A stretch of 64,000 nucleotides of DNA, from assembly GCF_028641065.1 (NCBI RefSeq), contig NC_073410.1:12090001-12154000 (forward strand), read 5' to 3'. The translations under genes and the position numbers were made by a program. The DNA comes from Leucoraja erinacea. Lineage: Eukaryota. Below the pieces are notes generated by a model that saw nothing but the letters and a program-made list of their open reading frames with translations, made no database searches and was not told the origin of the DNA. Shown in pieces: positions 14,666 through 26,761 of the stretch (the stretch's first letter is position 1; every line of letters starts with the position of its first letter).

Positions 14666-14841
14666 CCTTCTTCTTCTAAGCCCTCTTCAGTCATGGCTGA
14701 CCATGGGAGTCTCCAGGGTGCTGTTCCCTATATGGGGGACGCCTGTGCGTGACTTTGTTTAACGTGGGGAGACTGGTGCATAGACAGCCACCCCACAGTC
14801 CTTGACAAATCTGGGACAGGATCCAGTGGCATGGAGTCCAA
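14666..14841 (-). mobile_element. Short retroposon fragment with (GAA)n tail, probably RTE-related
   Basis: Ends AGAAGAAGAAG on the minus strand. The body resembles RTE-derived repeats (recalled, not verified). Confidence 0.4.
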
Positions 14842-16478
14842 TGTCTAAGCAATGAATGGATTAAAGAATTGTGCAGAGTCACTCTGCAGCAGCAGATTAA
14901 AGTCGTCATTCCAATTGTTGTACGGCAATAATCGACATTCCTTTAACAAAACCTAATGTATGAATGCTGATGACATTTTAAGGATGTGTGCATGCTTTAT
15001 GCTAAATGCATTTCAAAAAATTGCCTTATCTACTTAAGGGTTATAACAAATATTCCGGTCTGCTTTGTGTTGTCAAGGAGGATTTCTGGATGATTAAGGC
15101 AAAAGGCATGTGTCCATGTTCCATTCCACATGAAGCCAACACAAATGTTTTGACCATAAAAAGGCTTCAGTTGTGGAAGTCCTCAATTGATTTCTACTTT
15201 TTATAACTTCCAATATAAATATCTGAAATTATTAATATAAAGTGGTTGTGGAAACATATAGTGCATATTTTTCATTGTGTTGTTCAAATTAATATCCATA
15301 AAATCCACCATTGTGTCATGGGTTTTAATTACATTTTTGTGTTAGATCTTCAAATACTTCATTTATCTCCAGTAACATGAGTATCGTTGTACTAAAAATC
15401 CAAATTCGTTGTTTTACCACAATGTTTTTTTGCCCACGTAATTCACACGGTATTTTGATTACCCATAGAGTGTCTATTCTGAGCCCAAGTGATAAGAGGG
15501 AGGTGATATTTTGTGGGAGTGAATTAGGGTTTGTGCAAAGACTCTGAAAGGCATTTATCATTTATAATATGACTGAATAAAGAGTCTGAATGGCTTTTAT
15601 CATTTATAATATGCCTTGTTTGATATGTAGTTCCTTTACAGTTGAAGGGACTAAATGTGAGGCCAAGCACTTAATATGGGACTGTTGAGAAATCCCCTGT
15701 TTTGCCACCCACTTACGATTATTTTTCCACTCAACGAGCTGATATAACATCTTTTGACTGCTCTTTATTGTTTGCAAATGCATTTTGGTAGATGGAATAA
15801 TAGCTTTTAAATTAACATACAGAGCAATATTAAGCGGGCATACCAACAGATGTAGCCAGTGCATCTAACTGGTCGCTTTATAACTGTTGGTACTCAATCT
15901 TTAAAAAGCGGATTCTGATATGTTAATTTTTTATCACTTCAGTTTTGTAACACTTCAGTTGCAATATATCAAAACGAAATCCATGTTGATTTCCTCGTTA
16001 CTTGTAATTCATTAGTAAGTCTGTGGGACTTTTTTCTGTGATGATAACGCCGTAAACGGAAGGCAGCGCTGCTTCCACTTTCTCTGTCATTCTACTGAAG
16101 CCAATGGTGGGAAAACACTCTTGACACAAAGCAGGCGGCATGCTGCAGAGGCCGTCAAAAATTGTATTGACTAACTGATAATTTGAGAATAAGGTTAAGA
16201 CTACAATTAAATCCTGATTAGTTGGGGCCCTTTTTGTTCAGCATCCATGGCTTTGAAAACGGGATGACTTGACTCTTGCCCACTAAATAAACTGTGTACT
16301 GTGCCGATGCAGAAACAATTTGCGGTCTTGAAGGCAGTGGTCTGTTGAAAGTTCTTGTGATGTTTGCAGAGAATTGGCAGCGATGCAGTGGAAGTAATTA
16401 GAGGCTGACCCCAGAGCCCAGATTCCAAGTGGCCGGGATGTACATTGTGCTTCCCATTAGTCCAATGTAGTCGTCAAC

Positions 16479-16555
16479 TGTTTACAGAGTCTTCATTAAC
16501 TAAGAGGGTTGCGAGATAAGGGAAACTCAAGCGGGCCATCAATGGCCAAGATAAG
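16479..16555 (+). promoter_or_regulatory. Candidate GDF2 proximal promoter motifs (forkhead TGTTTAC and two AGATAA GATA sites)
   Basis: TGTTTAC at 16479-16485, AGATAA at 16514-16519 and 16549-16554, in repeat-free DNA 160-240 bp upstream of the ATG. Motif match only. Confidence 0.35.
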
Positions 16556-16717
16556 ACGGCCCATCTGAGCGATGATATTGGTGGAAAGAGAGCAGAGCAT
16601 AGCGCGCAAGCCAGGCAGAACCGATGTGTTGAACAAGCCACGCTCGCCTCCATTCCTCTTCAGTTCACGGCTAGATATTAACACGGGAATCGAAGGCCGC
16701 CGTGAGGAGCAGAAGCA

Positions 16718-17060
16718 ATGACTTGTGTTGCCTGTCTCGCAATCACATTCGCCTTCAGTTTCCTACTTCAAGTGGCAATGTGCAGGCCGCTGAGCGGCTG
16801 GGACCAGGAAACTCACGAGGACGGATTGGAGCATTACGAAGACGAAGTCTTCCCAGAGGACCACTCTGGCTTTGATTTCGACGTGTTCTTGGAAAGCGTG
16901 AAGGACGAGTTCTTCCGGGGTGTAAACCTGTCCGAGATTCCTTCGCAAGACCCGCTGGAAGCGGAACCCCCGCAGTTCATGATCGACCTGTACAACAAGT
17001 TCGCCAGCGACAGCTCTTCCATGCCCTCGTCCAACATTGTCAGGAGCTTCAGAAACGAAG
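16718..17060 (+). CDS. GDF2: GDF2/BMP9 (BMP9/10 family) exon 1: signal peptide and N-terminal prodomain
   Basis: ATG at 16718, hydrophobic signal, motif EPPQFMIDLYNKF...SNIVRSF, donor GAAG|gtaaat at 17060/17061 (phase 1). Confidence 0.88.
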
Positions 17061-17595
17061 GTAAATAGATCGCGCGTCCACACCTTCCAGTCTCCGACTG
17101 AAGCCTTGTGTCTATCTTCGGTTTACACCAGCATCTGCAGTTCCTTCCGACACATCTTTCCCCTGGTTCTTCATTCTTCGCTTTCACTGTCACAGTTACA
17201 GTTTAGTTTTTTGTCACGTGTACCGAGGTACAGTATTGCCTGCTATCCAGTCCGCAGAAAGACAATCGAGCCATCCACATTATACATAGCCACGGTAAGG
17301 GAACAACGTTTGGTGCAAGATCATGCCAGCCAAGTCCGCTCAAGGTTAGTCTGAGAGTCACCATTGAGATTCAGCGCTGCTCTCAGGTTGTGGTGGGATG
17401 ATTCAGTTGCCTGATAACAGTTGGGAAGAAACCCATAACAGATTTTTGGTCGATTCTATCTCTGAAATGTGCAAACCAAATACCTAAATGTCATGGTTTC
17501 CACCGGGAGAGATGCAAAGGCGAACCGGCAAGTTGAAGGAGCAAAGGGGATTGGTTTGGATGAATAATTTTGCTTGTAAACCTTGTTCAAAATCT

Positions 17596-17780
17596 TTAAG
17601 AAGGAACCGCAGATGCTGGAAAATCGAAGGTAGACAAAAGTGCTGGAGAAACTCAGCGGGTGCAGCAGCATCTATGGAGCGAAGGAAATAGGCAACCTTT
17701 CGGCCCGAAAAGTTGCCTATATCCTTCGCTCCATAGATGCTGCTGCACCCGCTGAGTTTCTCCAATACTTTTGTCTACCT
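17596..17780. mobile_element. Palindromic Penelope-derived short insertion in the GDF2 intron
   Basis: Inverted arms centred near 17703; 16-bp TSD ACCTTGTTCAAAATCT at 17580-17595 and 17777-17792. Confidence 0.8.
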
Positions 17781-18277
17781 TGTTCAAAATCTACTGCACT
17801 CACCTGCGCCAACCCCTTACTCCCGAGAATACCTGAACAAACTGCACGTGGGTGAAGAGACTTTGAATATATCTGATGTTGAGGGGCGCGGTGTCACTTT
17901 TAATTGGGGGGGGGGGGAGGGGGCGGTTTTGAGGTGCAACAATATATCTAACGGTTGCTAGACACAATAATCTGGAGTAACTCAGCGGGACAGGCAGCAT
18001 CTCTGGAGAAAAGGAATAGGTGACGTTTGGGGTCCCGTGTCTTCTTAAGACTGATCGTCAGGGGAGAGGGAAACGAGAGATATAGAAGGCACATAGAAGA
18101 AATGAATGAGATATATGAAAAAATGCATCGATGATCGAGGAAAGGTAGAGCCCACACGGGTCTATTGTTGGCTGCGGGGTGCGTGATAATGAATTACGCA
18201 GACAGTGAAACTTAACAGGACGACAGTGCAACTAGTATGACGACTAGGGTGAGGGAAGGAAGGAGAGTGAAGGGAGG

Positions 18278-18963
18278 GAATGAAAGTAAGCATGCAGGTA
18301 CAGCAGGCAGTGAAGAAAGCGAATGGCATGTTGGCCTTTATAACAAGAGGAATCGAATATAGGAGAAAAGAGGTCCTTCTGCAGTTGTACAGAGCCCTAG
18401 TGAGACCACACCTGGAGTATTGTGCGCAGTTTTGGTTCCCTAATTTGAGGAAGGACATTCTTGCTATTGAGGGAGTGCCGCGTAGGTTTACAAGGTTAAT
18501 TCCCAGGATGGCGGGACTGTCATATGCTGAGAGAATGGAGCGGCTGGGCTTGTACGCTCTGGAGTTTAGAAGGATAAGTGGAGATCTCATTGAAACATAT
18601 AAGATTGTTAAGGGCTTGGACACGCCAGAGGCAGGAAACATGTTCCCGATGTTGGGGGAGTCCAGAGCCAGGTGGCCACAGTTTAAGAATAAGGAGTAAG
18701 CCATTTAGAACGGAGACGAGGAAACACTTTTTCTCACAGAGAGCGGTGAGTCTGTGGAATTCTCTGCCTCAGAGGACAGTGGAGGCAGGTTTTCCGGATG
18801 CTTTCAAGAGAGAGCTAGACAGGGCTCTTAAAAATAGCGGAGCCAGGGGATATGGGGAGAAGGCAGGAACGGGGTACTGATTGGGGATGATCAGCCATGG
18901 TCACATTGAATGGCGGTGCTGGCTCGAAGGCCTACTCCTGCACCTATTGTCTATTGTCTATTG
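18278..18963 (+). mobile_element. CR1 LINE 3' fragment in the GDF2 intron, nested in a Penelope remnant (about 17958-19026, -)
   Basis: QQAVKKANGMLAFI...LYRALVRPHLEYC...FSQRAVSLWNSLP; (CTATTGT)n tail. Confidence 0.9.
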
Positions 18964-19058
18964 AAAGAGAGGGGGATGCAGGGGTTGAATATAGAACAAC
19001 CAATATACATTTCGCTGAGTTGTAATTAACAGTTGCTCTCTCTGTCTGTATCCCCCAG

Positions 19059-19954
19059 ATACAACAACGGTGCTCCCGGTGGGAGAACACGGGGCGAGGA
19101 GGCACATTCTAGTCTTTAACCTGACCATCCCTCGGCATGAAGTGATCGTGGCGGCCGAGTTGAGACTCTACGCCTTCGTTGCCAGGGACAGGAGGCTATA
19201 CGAAGGAGTGAACAGGATAGTCCGGGTTCATGACTTGGAGAACTCCATGTCTCTACTGGTTTCCAAACAGATCGCTGGCGAGGGCAGCGGTTGGGAAACC
19301 TTCGATGTGACCGACGCCGTCAGTCGGTGGGTGAGATCCAACCGGACCACCCACAAGCTTGAAGTTCACATCGAAAGCGCCGAGGAGAGGGACTCGGGGG
19401 CGGTGGTCGCGGAGGGCGAGCCCGGCTCGGAGAGCAGGAATGTGCCGTTACTGGTGGTGTTCTCGGACGACCAGAGGCGCGGTCAGGGGGACGAGGTGAA
19501 GGAAATGTTGGTGCACGAACAGGACGTGGCGGCCGTGGAGCTGGCGGTCTCCGAAGGCCCGGAATATGACTTGTCCCATCCGCAGACCGCGCTCTCCCTG
19601 GACTCCACGTCCAGAACCCGCCGAAGCGCAAAAGGGAATTACTGCAAGCGCACCCCTCTCCACGTGGACTTCACCGAGATCGGCTGGGACTCGTGGATCG
19701 TCGCCCCCAAGGATTACGAGGCTTACGAGTGCCGAGGTGTCTGCTACATCCCGCTCACCGACCATGTCACCCCAACAAACCACGCCAAGATCCAGACCTT
19801 GGTCAACCACTGGAACCCCGATAAAGCTGCCAAGGCGTGTTGTGTGCCCACCAAACTCGATCCCATCTCCATGCTGTACAAGAACAACGCCGGCGTCACC
19901 ACTTACAAGTATAAATACGAGGAGATGGTGGTGGTGGAATGTGGCTGCAGATAG
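19059..19954 (+). CDS. GDF2: GDF2/BMP9 exon 2: prodomain, furin site RTRR, mature TGF-beta cystine-knot domain; spliced protein about 412 aa
   Basis: Acceptor tcccccag|AT at 19058/19059 completes the phase-1 codon (GAT). Mature domain SAKGNYCKRTPL...WDSWIVAP...CCVPTKL...ECGCR*. Lies between GDF10 and RBP3. Confidence 0.88.
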
Positions 19955-19964
19955 TGAGAAGTAG

Positions 19965-21170
19965 ACATGTAGACAAACCGCACACACACACCGCATTACA
20001 CACACCAAGCGGTAACAACACATATACACCACACAACCACACTATGCACACAATACATACATACCACACTACATACACACAACACATATACACCACACAG
20101 ATACACTAAGCACACACATCATACATACCACACTACATACACACAACACATATACACAACACATATACACCACACAGACACACTATGCACACAATACATA
20201 CATACCACACTAAATACACACAACACGTATACACAACACAACCACACAAACACACTATGCACACAATACATACATACCACACTACACACACACACACACA
20301 CACACAACACATATAGATACCAACCACGTTCAGATACCGAATGCACAATACATATACACACAACACATGTGGACACTATTTACCCAACATGTGTACACAC
20401 ACCACAAGCATAACACATGCACAACACTGTTCAACCTACACATATACACCATGAATATTACACATTCACAAGAACTGTACAACTTACACAAGCACACCAC
20501 AAACATCACACATACACTACCACGTATAGACACAATACATACACCATATTATATGTTTAACACACATACACACTGGACATACATACCACATACCCAACAC
20601 ATGTACAGGATACTGAGTTGGATGATCAGCCATGATCATATTGAATGGCGGTGCAATCGAAGGGCCGAATGGCCTACTCCTGCACCTATTTGCTATGTTT
20701 CTATGTACACAGCCATACACACACAATACACGCACAGCACATATACACAGAACACACACAAGCGCGCCATATATGCAACTCATACACAATACATATACAC
20801 ACAACACACGCGTACACCATTTACCCAACATGTGTACACACACCACATGCATAACACATGCACAACACCGTTCAACCTACACATATACACCATGAATATT
20901 ACACATTCACAAGGACTGTACAACTTACACAAGCAAACCACAAAGATCCACGTATACACAACATACACAATACATACACCATATTATATATTTAACACAC
21001 ATACACACTGGACATACATACCACATACCCAACACATGTACACACAATACATACACAGCACATATACACAGGACAGCCACACACGCGCCATATACGCAAC
21101 TCATACACATACGGACTTACACACTACATATATACACACCACACGCAAACAACGCACAGCATACACAACA
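19965..21170 (+). repeat. CA-rich low-complexity tract with internal duplications in the GDF2 3' UTR
   Basis: Degenerate (CA)/(CATA) sequence; segment 20381-20605 recurs at 20822-21041; a short CR1 tail is inserted at about 20608-20703. Confidence 0.9.
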
Positions 21171-21440
21171 GAGATGCTGCCTGACCCGCTGAGTTACTCC
21201 AGCATTTTATTTCTACCTTCGATTTAAACCAGCATCTGCAGTTCTTTCCTACACAACATACATGAGCCTACTTTTTTGTAAATCTGTACATTTGGGATGC
21301 AAATTTATATTTTTGTTTATTTAATGACAAGATATGTACAGCTGACCAGCATACATGGTTCAACGCACCTCTTAACGGTAGACCATTGTAAATACTTGCA
21401 CGGTACATAATTATGATCCAAGTGTAATCCCGTCATGCTT

Positions 21441-21446
21441 AATAAA
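21441..21446 (+). terminator. Probable GDF2 polyadenylation signal
   Basis: First AATAAA seen after the GDF2 stop. It is preceded by a U-rich UTR-like segment containing TGTAAATA (21387-21394). Confidence 0.55.
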
Positions 21447-21739
21447 CGTCGCGTGTTCTCCAAACTCCACCTTCTCCTTTGAATTCACGATTATAACTTC
21501 AACATGTACCGGTTTATTTATATTGTTTGAAGAAGGGTCTCGACCCGAAACGTCATCAATTCCTTTTCTCCAGAGATGCTGCCTGACCCGCTGAGATACT
21601 CCAGCTTTTTGTGTCTATCGTCGGTTTAAACCAGCATCTGCAGTTTCTCCCTACACATAATTTAGATTGCTCTGATGTATTGCTGATGCTGCTCAGAGCG
21701 CGCTATGTGACAAGGGGTCCCGTGGCCGGCGAGGTCTAT

Positions 21740-22213
21740 CTGATCTCCAGGTTGCCAAACACTTTAATTTCCCTTTCCCATTCCCGCGCTGACCTTTCTG
21801 GCCTAGACCTCCACCGTGGTCCGAGTGAGGCCAAACGCAAATTAGAGGAACAGCACCTCATATTTGGGCAGCTTACAACCCAGCGATATGAATATTGATT
21901 TCTCCAATTACGATTAACCATTGCATCCCCTCTCTCATCGCCCACTCCCAAGTCGTTGTTTGCTTCAAAGTCGTCATGTTGAGTCTCATTGTCTGTGACT
22001 CGTTTTCACCCAGCTAACACCTAACAGTGGCCTGTTTCCTTCATCATCGTAACTTTTTTGCACATCTTTCATTCATTCTGTTCTATGCCTCTCTACATCA
22101 CCGTCTATATCTCTCGTTACCCTTTCCCCCGACTCTGTCTGAAGAAGTGTCTCGACCGGAAAAAGGTCGCCTATTCCTTTTCTCCAGAGATGCCGTCTGT
22201 CCCGCTGAGTTAC
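21740..22213 (+). mobile_element. Penelope-like 3' fragment
   Basis: SEAKRKLEEQHLIF remnant followed by a pyrimidine-rich UTR and the terminal repeat. Confidence 0.7.
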
Positions 22214-25200
22214 TCTTTGTGAGCTTTTTGTGGTAACACACCACTCTCCCTTCTTCTCTCTCTCCCTCTCTCTCTCTCTGTGCATCGTAAGCTGATCAGA
22301 TAAACGCACATGCCTTCAGTATGCTGAACAGAGACCCGCGGACAATCACATCCTGCGAGCGAATAAATAGTTTATCAAAAAACAGAGAGATAAACTGCCT
22401 TGTTCCAGTACGCGCTCGCTGTTAGCAAAGAGAAGAGTCGTGGGGGTCAGAGCACAACAGGGCAACGAAATCTAGGCCAAGGACAGTATGTTATGTGGAA
22501 TCTTTACCCGCCGCTGGGCCCCAGTGTTAGACCGACTCACAGATGTGAGTATAGATGATGCCCCGTAGAAAAGACATCTCTTGTTGTGGGCGCGTTGGTA
22601 ACATGTAAAATAGTAGACCCGGTTGGCTAAATGGCAATGGCAGAATGAACCAATAATCACTTCCATGTTAGTAGGAATCGCAGATGTTGTTTAATAGTCA
22701 ACATAACACAAAGTGCTGGAGTAACTCAGCGGGACAGGCAGCATCTCTGGAGAGAAGGAATATGTGACGTTTCCGGGCGAGACCCTTCTTCAGACTGAGA
22801 GTCAGGGGAAAGGGAAACGAGAGAGATATTGACGGTGATATAGAGAGATATTGAACAAATGAACGAACGATGTGCAAAAAGTAAATATGACCATGGGAAG
22901 GTGGAGCCCACAATGGTCCAAGTTATAGAGAATTAAACGGGTGGCGTTTCGGTCAGGGCCTTTCTTCAAACTAACTTTGATATTATTAGTCGTATTAGAA
23001 CACAGAACACAGTCAGTACAGCACAGGAACAGGCCATTCGGCCCACAATGTCTGTGCGTAACTTGATGCCAGGTTAAATAACGAGAAGCAAATCTCTATA
23101 ATGAGTCTGAACATTTGAGTTATAAGCGTTATTTTAAGTTCAACCAGGTGGCGAATAGTCATCTGTTACAGAGGTGTGCGGCAGATCAACAAGCCCTTCG
23201 GCCCATCATGTCCATTCGTAGTCGCATGTACTCCCAAATGGGGGTTAGTGCGAGAAGACAAGGTGCGTTTGCCGAGAGCTCTCGCCGCCGCAAGGCGCTC
23301 GGGCAGTTGGACAGCATCTGGTTCACTAGATGCGCACCGTCCCATTTCCTGCTCGGTTCTCGGCTGACCTGAATGGTGGAGAACACCCCGGCTGGCTTTT
23401 ATCGGGCCTCTTGGATTATAAATGCTCACCTGCAGAGAATAATATAACAGTGGAGCCTCAAACCACTGCTGTTATTTGAAGTGTTGTTAAATTCTATGAT
23501 CAATTCCATCAGTGAAGTGTAACAAATAGTGCTGGAGCCACTCAGCGGGCCAGGCAGCATCTGCTAGGGGAATGGACAGACGACGTTTCGGGCCGGGGCC
23601 CATCACCAGCTGAGTTCTTCCAGCGCTTTGTATTTTGCTCAAGACGCCAGCACCTGCAGTTCTTCGTGTCCCGGTGAAACAAGTAGCGGCCCATTTGGTA
23701 TTGATGCCCGTGGGGAGTTTGGCAGCGTAATGTGGGTGGCGCCGATTACAGTGGAACCGGGTTGGGGAAGACTTAAGAAATCCCAACATGGGTGTAAGGT
23801 TGGACGGAAACTGTCCCGGGATAATAACACTTAGGGAAAGAGGTTGGGGGCAAGTGATAGATAGCTCCATTGAGGGGGGGGGGGGGGGGGGGGGGGGTAA
23901 TTGGCAGACGAGTCAGGTGGACAGGGTTGGGTGGAGATGGTAACCAAGGCTGGCGGTGGAGTGGAGAAGGCAAACGGGTACAGATGAGGAATCTGATAAG
24001 GAAGGATGTTGCCTCTAGTTCAACATTTCATTCTCCATCTTCGCTCATTAGGTTCCACATCTGCACAATTTAGCCTTTTCCACTTTACCTGCAACCTTAG
24101 TTAGTAACTCAGCCCATCTCTCACCCACCTAACTCATCCTGCCATCAACCTGTCCCCACCTAAATCCACTTATCACTTGCCAATTTTTGTGCCAGCTCTC
24201 CACCTCGCCTTGCTCTACAACCTATCTCCCCTCTACTCCATCAGTCTGAAGAAGGGTTCTGACCTAATCCATTGTGTTCACTTTGCTCCACATGTGCTGC
24301 TTGATCCACTGCGTGTTTCAATAGCCTAGTTCCTCCAGCACTTCCGACAATCCTCAACAGCACAATTTACTTCGGTTGTGACCTGGAAATAGTGACTTGT
24401 CCTCACCCGCTGGGTTAAGCCAAGGTCCATTACTGCAACAAACATCATTGCAAGGCAAAAACAGACACAAGGCACTGCAGCTAGTGATGTATTTGTGGGT
24501 AGTAAACACTGTGGTTTTGCAGAGCAGGTAAGAGGAGGTAAGTGTTGGGTGAATTAAAATGAAGATGTTGATTAACTGAAGAGTCAAGGGGAGAGATGGG
24601 TGGGTCTCAAATAGAAGTGTGATACCTGCAATGTGCTGAGATATCCTGATTGCTTCTGTAATGTTGATTGAGAGGATTAATACTAGCATGAACACAAGGA
24701 TAATTTCTCAGCTTATTTTATCATTCTGGAAAACATTCATCTCTAAAACCAAACCGGAGAGTAGATGGGAGCTCAATTCATTATCACTGCTGGAAGTCCC
24801 TACTCCGGTAGCACGAGCATACACACATAAGGAAAATACTTGGAATGGATGATGTTTCGGGTCAAGACCCTTCCTCATGCAGTCGGAAGAAGGGTCTCGA
24901 CCCATAATGTTGCCCATTCCTTCTTTCCAGAGATGCTGCCTGTCTCGCAAAGTAACTCCAACATTTTGTGTCAAACCTTTCTATTTGTTAGTTTCTCTTC
25001 AGTTATATAACACTTGCTTTATTTCTGCTTTCTCCATAGCAAGATGAACTGCTGCACACTATTAAGAATGACCTATTTTTTAAATCTTGGATTTCATATA
25101 TTATTCTATTGATTATTTCCTCAAGCTGACATTCCCTTAAATGGTTTGACTATGATTTTACTGATGCTTACATCTATATAATATTCAATCACAACCTTAA

Positions 25201-25437
25201 TGCAGAAGACATTGAATAATGACTGGTCAACCTTGTTTTGCAACCATTTGCTACTATATATCTCAAAAGTCTGAAGTAATGTAGCCATGGGCCTCTGAGA
25301 TGGGACATCACTAGCCCCTGGTGTGCAGGGAGTGGATGAGACAGTGGGATAACATAGAACTAGATTTAATGGGTGAACAATAGTTGGTGTGGACTCAATG
25401 GGCCGAATGTCGTGTTTCCCTGCTATGTCTCTTAACT

Positions 25438-25576
25438 TCTTCTTCTTGCGTATGGCATGCACAGCCAAAAGTTGTTGGACAACTTGTTCTATTTGATCTT
25501 ATTTGATTGTGCATGTCGGGTTGATTGCAGTAGTCGAAACAGGGTGGACCACCTGAAGGTTGCAATCTCCCACCCC
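25438..25576 (-). mobile_element. Short non-autonomous retroposon with a ribozyme head and (GAA)n tail
   Basis: Ends in GCAAGAAGAAGA. Flanked by imperfect direct repeats GTCTCTTAACT (25427-25437) and ATCTCTCAACT (25577-25587). Interrupts the 3' tail of a plus-strand HE1-like SINE. Confidence 0.75.
25524..25576 (-). ncRNA. Minimal HDV/CPEB3-like self-cleaving ribozyme fold at the 5' end of a short retroposon
   Basis: Minus strand: P1 GGGGUGG/CCACCCU (G1-U wobble), P2 AUUGCA/UGCAAU, P3 ACC/GGU, L3 UUCAGGU, then GU-UUCG-A and J4/2 CUAC. The order of helices is the HDV nested double pseudoknot. Confidence 0.75.
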
Positions 25577-26586
25577 ATCTCTCAACTAAAATTAAACCAA
25601 AGTACAACATGCTGTGATTTAGAAGGTCAAAGTTGAGTGATGTTTTGTGTTGAATGGTACTATTTGCTAATATTTCCATACCTATTGGTTCCTGATGATT
25701 TTTGACTGTTCTTACAGTTTGGGTATGCAAATATCAAGCTATATAATTTCATGTTTAGGTGCTTTAAATAAATCTAGGCACCAATTAGATGCCTATTTTT
25801 AGGCTTCCAATGACCAGAACAGAATAACAACACACAATGTGAATAATATTTATATAAATGAGACCAGTTTATTTTTGACTCATTAATTTTGACATTTTAG
25901 GAGTGTTACTGAATTTCCTTGAAAAATGCATGGAATGAGTGAATATAAAATGAGACTAATGTTTGTTTAAACAGATTATTGAACATTGCAAATTCTACGA
26001 ATAGCCAGTTCAATAAACATAATACTAAAAATAAGTCCTGCAGATTTCCAACATGAACCCTGGAAAATTATATAAAATGCTGGAAGTTACATCAAAGTAA
26101 AAGGAGGTTCAGAAACGTCCGCATTAATAATTTCCTTTTAAAAATTGAGATGTTAAATTTCTGATGTCCAGTATGCAAAATGTCGGGTCTATACACTAAA
26201 TGACTTTTCTCAGGAGAGTCGCTGCTGTTTGCCTTTGCGCTCCTGCGCTACTGATGGGGGAGAAACTGGACAAAGATCTTATTCATGGGTCCTATCCAAT
26301 GGCAGTGCTGAAAAGTGCATTTATATGTGGATTTGAAGAAGCCAGAGGTGCGAAATTGTGAAAATGCTTAAATAGCCAGTCCACAATACTGGCCTTGACC
26401 AGTCCCCCAATGAAGGCCCAGCCCCTGTGTAATAAAAGCCCAGATCATGAAGACAGAAAGCAGCAAAATGAAATGTTGGCCATGTGTCATTTCTAGACTG
26501 GCACACTATAGGTTTAAAACTTTAAGGTACTAATCCATTTTCCTGAAATTGCAAGTCTGTACAATTTCACAAATTCAGGGAGTGTA

Positions 26587-26761
26587 GTTTAGTTTAGTTT
26601 AGTTTAGAGATACAGCATGGACACAGGCCCTTTGGCCCACCATGTCCATGCCGACCAGTGATCCCCACTATCATTGATCAACACTATCCTACACCCACTT
26701 GGGACAATTTACATTTATACCAAGTCAATTAACCTACAAACCTGTACGTCATTGGAATGTG
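26587..26761 (-). mobile_element. HE1-like SINE, 3' part
   Basis: Same tail and body motifs as the other copies. Confidence 0.75.

Noticed and set aside
20367-21227. 286-aa His/Thr-rich ORF and overlapping Cys/Val-rich antisense ORFs
   Set aside because: These are by-products of the CA-rich low-complexity tract.
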